Shown: positions 8,601 to 15,565 of the stretch, in pieces
How positions within the stretch are numbered: the first letter of the stretch is position 1
Layout: the number at the start of each line of letters is the position of its first letter
Assembly (NCBI GenBank): GCA_030616775.1
Contig: JAUWWQ010000006.1
Span: forward strand, 76,965 to 108,964
Direction of reading: 5' to 3'
Source of the DNA: Planctomycetota bacterium
GTDB lineage: Bacteria > Planctomycetota > Phycisphaerae > UBA1845
DNA length: 32,000 nt
Position numbers and translations under genes: made by a program
Notes under the pieces: generated by a model
Told to the model about the DNA's origin: nothing
The model's database searches: none
The model's input: only the letters and a program-made list of their open reading frames with translations

Positions 8601-8627
8601 GACCGTCCTCGGCATCGTCGTCCGCCC

Positions 8628-9629
8628 TCATAATCCTACCCGGGCGAACTTAGCACGAAAACCGTCCTTGACCTGCGTCCCGGTGGGCTGGTTCCACCCG
8701 GTCACAGCCTCCCAGAGCCTGCCAAGCCGATAGATATCAAGGAGGCAGCATTCGTATACGTAGTTCTGCCAGTACGGAAACACCGTCCGGTCCCGGACGA
8801 GGCACATCTTGGCGCTCCTTCCGCCAACCAAGGCCGCCGTTTTCAGAAGCCGGCCCAAAAGGTAGACCCGTGCGCGGTCGTGCGAAGCGATGTTGAACAC
8901 CTTGTTATGCTGCCGGCCGGCGGCAAACGACCGCCGCAACCAGTACCACAGCGACGTGGTCTCAGGCCGAGTCAAATGATGGACGAGGATTCCCGGGTGG
9001 TAGTACGCTTTGAAGTCCGGGATTTGCTCGCGGGCCCGGAGAATCAGGTTGGTCTCGTCGCCACGGGGAAGGTTCCGCCCGGTAAGACCGACGTCCAATC
9101 GGAAGCCGCCAACCCGTTCCACGAGCGCGCGACGCCATATCATATTCGTCCCGCTGAGATGCTCGTCATCACTTAGGTAGCGGGGGGCAGAACCCTTGTA
9201 GTTGCTGTTGTAACGGTCCAGAAACCATGCCGGCTTCGGTCCGAGGTAATACGGAAAGTACGGGCCACCACACAGATCGGGTTCAACCGTTCGAATGACT
9301 CTGATGATGGTTTCGATCCATCTTATGTCCGCTTGGGCGTCGGCGTCGATGTGAGCGACGTACGGGGCCCGGGCGTGCCGGTAGCCGGCGTTGCGGGCAT
9401 GATTCAGGCCAAGACGAGGCTCGTACACATATGCCAGGTTCAGCCCGATCCCGTGTTCCTCGACCGCCTGTTCCGTCCGGTCGGTCGACGCGTTATCGAC
9501 CACGATCACGCGAAATGCCCCCAGACCGGTTGATTGACTGCGGAGGCTCTTCAGCAGCCGCGGGATGCTGCCGGCCTCGTTGAATGCACAGACTAAAACG
9601 TCAAGGACCGGGTTCATGCCACCCATCAA
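8628..9629 (-). CDS. Family 2 glycosyltransferase
   Basis: 333-aa ORF with a GT-A/GT2 N-terminus (LDVLVCAFNEAGSIPRLLKSLRSQS...VIVVDNASTDRT) and a DxD-type motif (HIDADAQAD). Confidence 0.85.
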   Translation of the reverse strand: MMGGMNPVLDVLVCAFNEAGSIPRLLKSLRSQSTGLGAFRVIVVDNASTDRTEQAVEEHGIGLNLAYVYEPRLGLNHARNAGYRHARAPYVAHIDADAQADIRWIETIIRVIRTVEPDLCGGPYFPYYLGPKPAWFLDRYNSNYKGSAPRYLSDDEHLSGTNMIWRRALVERVGGFRLDVGLTGRNLPRGDETNLILRAREQIPDFKAYYHPGILVHHLTRPETTSLWYWLRRSFAAGRQHNKVFNIASHDRARVYLLGRLLKTAALVGGRSAKMCLVRDRTVFPYWQNYVYECCLLDIYRLGRLWEAVTGWNQPTGTQVKDGFRAKFARVGL

Positions 9630-9670
9630 TTATTCATCGCCATGAGCACACCACACGTATCCGCCTGAAC

Positions 9671-10600
9671 CTACGACGGAAGAGCTGCCTCAATACGCTT
9701 TGTCCAAGACTGACGGATATGACTGGCAACTGTAGGATCAACACACTCCTGCTTTGTAAACGTCGAAAGTATTTGCAGGAGTTTCCGGCATAGCGGCACA
9801 TCGTTCGACTCAACCCGCTCCGGAAACGCGTAGTACCAGCGTCGGAGGGTATCCACATCCTCCCGTGAAAATGGGACCTTTGGCTCCAGATCCGCCAGTT
9901 GCCTGGTGGCGATATCCAATACAACCTGCGTCTGGCCGTTGGGATTCACCATCCCCCTGTTGCCGCCGTGCACGCGGTATGACACCAGGGGCGATTGCAG
10001 GTTGGCACCTCGGGTGTGCCGGAGCAGGCGCGCCCAAAGGTCATAATCCTGTGCATATGGCAATTCTTCGTCGTAGTCAATTCGACTCCTGGTCACAAGC
10101 TCACGTCGGAACATCACCGATGAGTGACAAAAGGCGTTGTAGAACAACATTTGCCACCGTATTTCCGTGTCGCTAGACGGTTGCCCATGCGTCGCCACAC
10201 GGCGCCCCTTACTGTCGATCACATCATAGGCAGTGCCCAAAAGCCCAACATCTGTATGCCTGGCAAGGTAGGTCACCTGGCTTTCAAGTCGTTCCGGCAA
10301 CGACGTGTCATCTGCATCCTGGCGAGCCACATACCGGCCTCGGGCGACCCGTAGACCTTTGTTGAGCGAAGCCGATAAGCCAATGTTCTTGCCATTACGG
10401 ATCGTTACGAGCCTCTCCTGTCCAACAGCGCATGTGCAGATCGTATCCCACGTATGATCACTAGACCCATCATCCACAACGATCAATTCATAATCCGCCA
10501 ATGTCTGCGCTAATAGACTCCCTATGGCACGGTTCAGATAAGCCTCACCGTTGTGAACAGCAAGTACAACGCTCACTGTCGGGCAATATCGCGCCGTCAT
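9671..10600 (-). CDS. Family 2 glycosyltransferase
   Basis: GT2 N-terminus (VSVVLAVHNGEAYLNRAIGSLLAQTLADYELIVVDDGSSDHT) and the motif QDADD. I place the start at ATG 10600, which overlaps the asnB-like TGA as ATGA, rather than at the longer 10627 start in the ORF track. Confidence 0.85.
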   Translation of the reverse strand: MTARYCPTVSVVLAVHNGEAYLNRAIGSLLAQTLADYELIVVDDGSSDHTWDTICTCAVGQERLVTIRNGKNIGLSASLNKGLRVARGRYVARQDADDTSLPERLESQVTYLARHTDVGLLGTAYDVIDSKGRRVATHGQPSSDTEIRWQMLFYNAFCHSSVMFRRELVTRSRIDYDEELPYAQDYDLWARLLRHTRGANLQSPLVSYRVHGGNRGMVNPNGQTQVVLDIATRQLADLEPKVPFSREDVDTLRRWYYAFPERVESNDVPLCRKLLQILSTFTKQECVDPTVASHIRQSWTKRIEAALPS

Positions 10601-12372
10601 AATCTGATTCCATTCTCCCTCAGCCATACCAGCAGAACGAACATCTTCCAGTGTTCATAGCCTAATGGCGCTGCTGGGCCGGACTGCAGCGGCCTGGTCA
10701 GGCGAGCCTTGTGTTCCGAGCTAACGAGTCGGGAGAGGTTCCCATTCTCCTGGGAGAACGCTTCAGATATAAAGGTCCGAAGCGGCTCCTCCATCATCCA
10801 CTGAGTAACGGGCGCTCCAAACCCCCATTTTCTTCGACCAATAAACTCTGATGGGAGGTCCTTCCTGAGGATATGCTTCGGGATCATCTTCCTGTCCCGG
10901 CGTGTTACTTTGAACTCCACAGGAAGCGTGTCGGCGAAATTGACTAGCTCGTGGTCCAAAAAGGGGCATCTGGCCTCCAGGCTGTGCGCCATCGAGGCAG
11001 TATCCACCTTCGTGAAATGATTGTCAGGCAGTCTCTGTCTTTGTTCATGGATGATCACATCCTCCAGTGACCTGAATTCTAGTTCCGCAATATGCGCCAC
11101 AAGACCTGAGAGATCAGCATTGTAATTGGCACGCAGATGGTCCATAGTGCAGTAGGCCCGCTTTCTGAGATATCGTGTCTTTAACTCCCCGAGGTGTGAC
11201 CTACCAGCAGTTCCGGGGTTGGCCCCACAGTCCTCTGACAGGTCATCGTCAGCCAGCAGATCCCGATACTGATTGTATCCCCCAAAGATCTCGTCGCCGC
11301 CCTCGCCGGTGATAACGGATTTGACCGAGCGGGCCGCGAACCTGGAAATAAGGTATGTGGGTACGTTCGCTGAGTCGCCAAACGGTTCTGAATAGCTCGC
11401 TATGATATGCTCGAAATCGATGTTCTCCGGGTCAATGTCGATGACGCTGGGGTGTACACCGTATCGTTCGCACGCCTGCCTCATGTATGGATATTCGCTG
11501 ATATGGTCTCCAAAAGTGGCCGAGAATACCTTGATGGCCGGATTGCACTCAGCCGCGTATTTCAGGAGAAGCGTCGAATCCAGACCACCACTCAAGAAGA
11601 TTCCCACCTCGACGTCGGCAATCAGGTGCCTTTCAACGGCTCGGCGCACTAGATGCTCACTGTGTTCAACGCTTTCCGGCAAGCCCATACCCGTGCTGTA
11701 TGTACCGTTGCCCGGTAGGTCGTATTTGTTGATCCGGATACCTTCCGTATCAACAACCATGTACGACTGTGGGGGCAACTTAAAGATCCCCCGAAAGACG
11801 GACCGCGGCGCAGGAATGTAATTGTAATACCAGTAAAAGGGTAGCGCCGACTCCTCCAGTGATATGCTGACGTCGGTATGTAGACGTAGGGCGCGTATCT
11901 CGCTTGCAAATACGAAACCTGTTTTAGGGTTGTTGTAGTAATGGAATGGCTTTTGGCCATACCGGTCTCTTGCGCAGTACAGGATGTTCCGTGGGATATC
12001 GTGGATCGCCAGGGCATACATCCCGTTCAGCATGCCGAACGCGGCAACACCATGCTCCTCGAACAAGTGCAATATCACCTCCGTGTCTGTGCGCGTCCGG
12101 AACTTATGCCCGTGCATCTTCTGTTTTAACTCCCGATAGTTGTATATCTCACCGTTGAATATGATGCAGAGCTGACGATCTTCGTTGAATATCGGCTGAC
12201 CACCTCCGGCGAGGTCGATGATCGACAACCGCCGAAAGCCCAGTCCAACGTTGTCCTTCACGTGGTAACCCTCGTCATCTGGCCCGCGGTGAACCAGACA
12301 CTGCGTCATCCTCCGCAGTGACCTGGTGTCGACTTTCCCGCAGCGTGAGTATTCGCCCACTATACCGCACAT
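10597..12372 (-). CDS. asnB: Asparagine synthase-like glutamine-hydrolysing amidotransferase (AsnB family)
   Basis: The Ntn-glutaminase start MCGIVGEY places the true start at 12372, not 12465. It also has the PP-loop motif FLSGGLDSTLL. Its setting in a glycosyltransferase operon suggests a glycan-amidating paralogue rather than housekeeping AsnB. Confidence 0.88.
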   Translation of the reverse strand: MCGIVGEYSRCGKVDTRSLRRMTQCLVHRGPDDEGYHVKDNVGLGFRRLSIIDLAGGGQPIFNEDRQLCIIFNGEIYNYRELKQKMHGHKFRTRTDTEVILHLFEEHGVAAFGMLNGMYALAIHDIPRNILYCARDRYGQKPFHYYNNPKTGFVFASEIRALRLHTDVSISLEESALPFYWYYNYIPAPRSVFRGIFKLPPQSYMVVDTEGIRINKYDLPGNGTYSTGMGLPESVEHSEHLVRRAVERHLIADVEVGIFLSGGLDSTLLLKYAAECNPAIKVFSATFGDHISEYPYMRQACERYGVHPSVIDIDPENIDFEHIIASYSEPFGDSANVPTYLISRFAARSVKSVITGEGGDEIFGGYNQYRDLLADDDLSEDCGANPGTAGRSHLGELKTRYLRKRAYCTMDHLRANYNADLSGLVAHIAELEFRSLEDVIIHEQRQRLPDNHFTKVDTASMAHSLEARCPFLDHELVNFADTLPVEFKVTRRDRKMIPKHILRKDLPSEFIGRRKWGFGAPVTQWMMEEPLRTFISEAFSQENGNLSRLVSSEHKARLTRPLQSGPAAPLGYEHWKMFVLLVWLRENGIRL

Positions 12373-12379
12373 GTGTCGT

Positions 12380-13525
12380 TCACAGTGAAATGCCCATATA
12401 TAGATTAATCGGACAGGAGGTGCACCCATCGAATAAGTCCACGCGGAAGGTGTTCCACTTCTCACTATTCCAGACTTCAGTCAGAGATTGAGCAAACACA
12501 TTTCCCATAACCGGCCTGTGGGTGTACTCGACCATGTTACACGGATGAACATCGCCATTTGCCAGAACAATGGCAAATTCCATCGGCCTGCGGCAGGGAG
12601 GAAGATTCTTATGTCTAGGCCGATAGTGGCCACTGGCCCATTCCGAGATCGTGAGAATATCCTCGGAGAACATTTCGTGCAATATTCGACGGGCATGCTT
12701 CCTGGACCCGCTGCTGAGCTTGTCGGTAAACTCCAGTACCTTCGGAATGACGTACTTCCTGAAGTGCCGGATCTCGTCTTCGTTGAGGAGATACTGCCGG
12801 TCAAAATCTCCTTCGAGATAAGCAATCCCTAAAGAGTGGGAGCCCAGTCGGTAGTGTAATTCGAGCAAGTCGGCAAATGACTCGTGATTCTCCCGACAAA
12901 GAATGGTCTGAGTGACAACTCTGAAGTCGGGGAAGCGGCGCTCCATCGCTCGAAGAATGCGTATGGCGTTAGTAGCCTTATGCCACAGGTTTCGGGAGCG
13001 TCGCATGGCGTCATGGACCGCAGGGTGCGGACTATAGAGCGAAACACATATGGTGTTGACGCCAGCCCGCAATAACGACTCTGCATAGGCCTGGTCGATC
13101 AGGCTCCCGTTGGTGTTCACCCCGACGTGCCAGCCATACTCACGGCCAATTTGAATCAGGTTGGTTAGGTACTTGTAGAGGGTCGGCTCACCACCGCTGA
13201 TATCAAGGCGTTCCACTCCTAGCTCGCGAGCTTCTGTGAGAATTCGGGACCAGTCCTGAAGAGACAGCATCCGTTCCCGTCGCAGATCTTTATGTAGCTC
13301 CCGCCTACACGCGCACGTGGGGCAATTTGCCGTGCAGGCCAGACATGGTTTGATCACCAACTTTCGTAGGCTGAACTTGCCGGCAGAGTGTGTTTGGGAT
13401 ACTGATCCATCCGGTCCGGGCAGTGATCGCCGAGCCTGCTGCAATACTGGTCGATCTCGGCAAACAGCCTCAGGAACTGTCTGTGCCGGTTGTGGTCCCG
13501 TGGCTAAGCGACCCATAGTCATCAC
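12380..13525 (-). CDS. Radical SAM protein with a truncated SPASM/twitch-like C-terminal domain
   Basis: The CX3CX2C cluster motif is present (C-TAN-C-PT-C in KPCLACTANCPTCAC). The C-terminus has CX12GX4C (CRRPMEFAIVLANGDVHPC) followed by only one CX2C (CTSC) before the stop. The start region GTG 13525 / ATG 13522 overlaps the stop of the upstream methyltransferase. Confidence 0.85.
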   Translation of the reverse strand: MMTMGRLATGPQPAQTVPEAVCRDRPVLQQARRSLPGPDGSVSQTHSAGKFSLRKLVIKPCLACTANCPTCACRRELHKDLRRERMLSLQDWSRILTEARELGVERLDISGGEPTLYKYLTNLIQIGREYGWHVGVNTNGSLIDQAYAESLLRAGVNTICVSLYSPHPAVHDAMRRSRNLWHKATNAIRILRAMERRFPDFRVVTQTILCRENHESFADLLELHYRLGSHSLGIAYLEGDFDRQYLLNEDEIRHFRKYVIPKVLEFTDKLSSGSRKHARRILHEMFSEDILTISEWASGHYRPRHKNLPPCRRPMEFAIVLANGDVHPCNMVEYTHRPVMGNVFAQSLTEVWNSEKWNTFRVDLFDGCTSCPINLYMGISL

Positions 13526-14154
13526 CTGCGCTGTGCTCGAAGGTACAGGACTGTCAGCGTCTTGACCTCCCGAGCGATCACCTCCTTGATGTCGAAGCGC
13601 GGGAGTAACAAGCGCCTGAGTTCGTCGGGTTGATACTCTTTCACATGGTACGGATTGCCGCTATGGCAACCGTCGCGGCAGTGTGGGGAAGAGAGAAACA
13701 GCATTCCTCGCGGCCGGAGCACCCGAGCGGCCTCGGCGAGAAACGCCTCGCCGATAGCAGGCTCCACATGTTCGATGCCTTCCAGACAGCACACCAGATC
13801 GAAGGCCTCGTCGTTGAAGGGCAGGCGGCTCATCGTGCCCACCATGAACGTGGCATGCCGGGCGTAGCGGTGGCGGGCCTCTGCGATCGCTTCCTCGCTG
13901 ATGTCCACGCCGAAGGCGCTTCGACACCCTCGCAGGAACGAAGTGCCCCAGCCCATGCCGCACGGAACGTCCAGCAGATCAAGTCCCCTGCAATGGTGTG
14001 CGACCCACCGATAGCGCCAGCAAAACGCCTCGAGGTACGCAGACCGCCGCAGCGACACCCACGGAAAGACACGGCGTTTAAGCTCAAAGCGCCATTCATT
14101 CCGGTACCACGCAAGACTCGGGTGAGGGCGTTCCGCCGCCATGAGAAGGTCCAC
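13522..14154 (-). CDS. Class I SAM-dependent methyltransferase
   Basis: 210-aa ORF with motif I LLDVPCGMGWGTSFL and a post-I acidic residue. It resembles the Methyltransf_11/23 type. It is the first gene of the five-gene operon. Confidence 0.85.
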   Translation of the reverse strand: MDLLMAAERPHPSLAWYRNEWRFELKRRVFPWVSLRRSAYLEAFCWRYRWVAHHCRGLDLLDVPCGMGWGTSFLRGCRSAFGVDISEEAIAEARHRYARHATFMVGTMSRLPFNDEAFDLVCCLEGIEHVEPAIGEAFLAEAARVLRPRGMLFLSSPHCRDGCHSGNPYHVKEYQPDELRRLLLPRFDIKEVIAREVKTLTVLYLRAQRR

Positions 14155-14222
14155 GCTCCTTCAGGTTCTTCGGGGCCGGGGCAGGGGAAGGTACACTGCT
14201 TGTGCACCTAGCCCTGGTCTCA

Positions 14223-14387
14223 TTATCGGACGATCTGCCAGGGGACTTTATGTTCCCTTAAGAGCCGGGACAGACGTTCCCTGACACCACTGCCCGTCCC
14301 ACACGCTTCCCATCACCGAACACGCGATCCACACACTTGGCAAGTACGGACGCGAGCGTTCAAGCTGTGTGTACGATCGTCCGATAA
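14223..14387. promoter_or_regulatory. Perfect 13-bp inverted repeat pair (TTATCGGACGATC / GATCGTCCGATAA) flanking 139 bp in a divergent promoter region
   Basis: Left arm 14223-14235, right arm 14375-14387. It lies between the divergent genes starting at 14154 (minus) and 14466 (plus). Confidence 0.6.
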
Positions 14388-14465
14388 AAGAAAGACCATG
14401 TGTCAACCGGCTCGCGCTGTGAGTGAGCTGTCCACAACCGGCGGGCTAGGGCGGCGGAGACTTCA

Positions 14466-15533
14466 ATGATTCCCGAGATGACGCCGAACGGTCACGTCGA
14501 AACATTGCGGACCTTGCACCGGATTGGTGAGGCCGGCGGCGTACCTTGCTACGCCGGGTCCAACGTAGCCCAAGAGTTCTCTCTGGCAGTCCGCGATGGC
14601 GGCCTTTGCGTAACGCCCAAGACCACGGCAGCTTATCAACGCTCGCTGCGGCCCGTTGCCCATTTCCGAGTTCAGACGCAGCCCGGCGACTATCCCGAGT
14701 TGAACCTGATGATGGGGATGATCAGCTTCCCCGGTGGAGATACGAGCACGAAGTGCTACCGCCCGTTCTCCCGCGACAAGGCCCGTGTGGCCGCCGGGTT
14801 GTACGTTGGCGTCCATTCGCGGTTAGGCGATGATCCCGGTTATTTCAATGCGGTTTTCCGCCATTTCGCTGATGCTATTCCCGCGCAGGGAATCGGCCCG
14901 GCGCTGGAGAGGTACGGTTCCATAGACGTTGACACCTGGGCTCGCCGCTTTCAGCAACTACATTCGCATACATACGGGCGGACACATCTGGTCGAGCTGC
15001 ATCTTCTGGATTTGATGGTCCGGGCCAGCGCCACTGACGATCGCCACGTTATCGAGATCGGCCCGTACCAAGGCCGGTCCACTGCGGCGATCGCAGCCGC
15101 TTTGGGCGACTGCGGGGTCAACTCGTTGCTGTTCAGCATTGATCCCAACGAGTTTGCCCCCCAGGCAGCCGATGTAGCCCTGGCGAACGTCGCGGCTGTC
15201 GGACAGCGGCGGCGACTTGTGCAGATTCATCGTCCTACCGCTGCCGTGACTGGTATTTGGACCGAGGGCATGGCGTCGATGGCGTTCATCGACGGCAGTC
15301 ATGAATTCGCCGACATGCTGACCGACTACAACCTTTGTGACAGGTTACTCATGCCGGGCGGCATCCTTGTGCTGCACGACATCTTTCCTGCCCGCCATGT
15401 CGGCTACGAACCGATGTTTCCCGATCCCCCGCGGTTGCTTGAGGAGGTGGTACTTCCCTCGGATCGGTACAGGCCGATCGCCGCGGCACACCAAACGGTG
15501 GCACTGCGAAAGCTGCACGGTCCGAATCCATAG
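14466..15533 (+). CDS. Class I SAM-dependent methyltransferase (Methyltransf_24/CmcI-like C-terminal domain) with an uncharacterised N-terminal extension of about 170 aa
   Basis: The C-terminal half has HVIEIGPYQGRSTAAIAAAL ... SIDPN ... FIDGSHEFADMLTDY ... LMPGGILVLHDI. The N-terminal half looks coding by codon pattern but has no motif I recognise, so the start is uncertain. Confidence 0.72.
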   Translation: MIPEMTPNGHVETLRTLHRIGEAGGVPCYAGSNVAQEFSLAVRDGGLCVTPKTTAAYQRSLRPVAHFRVQTQPGDYPELNLMMGMISFPGGDTSTKCYRPFSRDKARVAAGLYVGVHSRLGDDPGYFNAVFRHFADAIPAQGIGPALERYGSIDVDTWARRFQQLHSHTYGRTHLVELHLLDLMVRASATDDRHVIEIGPYQGRSTAAIAAALGDCGVNSLLFSIDPNEFAPQAADVALANVAAVGQRRRLVQIHRPTAAVTGIWTEGMASMAFIDGSHEFADMLTDYNLCDRLLMPGGILVLHDIFPARHVGYEPMFPDPPRLLEEVVLPSDRYRPIAAAHQTVALRKLHGPNP

Positions 15534-15565
15534 AGGCAAAGATGGGGCAGCTCACGCATGCCTGC

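Noticed and set aside
8397-8653. ORFs of 72, 84 and 156 aa spanning the repeat and hairpin region between glnA and the GT2 gene
   Set aside because: They are translations of palindromes and tandem repeats (recurring PRRDSR/ENLFIAGP strings on both strands). They overlap one another and overlap the sigma-54 promoter region.
10601-10627. Longer start (10627) for the second GT2 gene and longer start (12465) for the AsnB-like gene
   Set aside because: ATG 10600 gives a classic ATGA stop-start overlap. AsnB-family enzymes must begin Met-Cys (MCGIVG), which fixes the start at 12372. The upstream extensions overlap the neighbouring genes.
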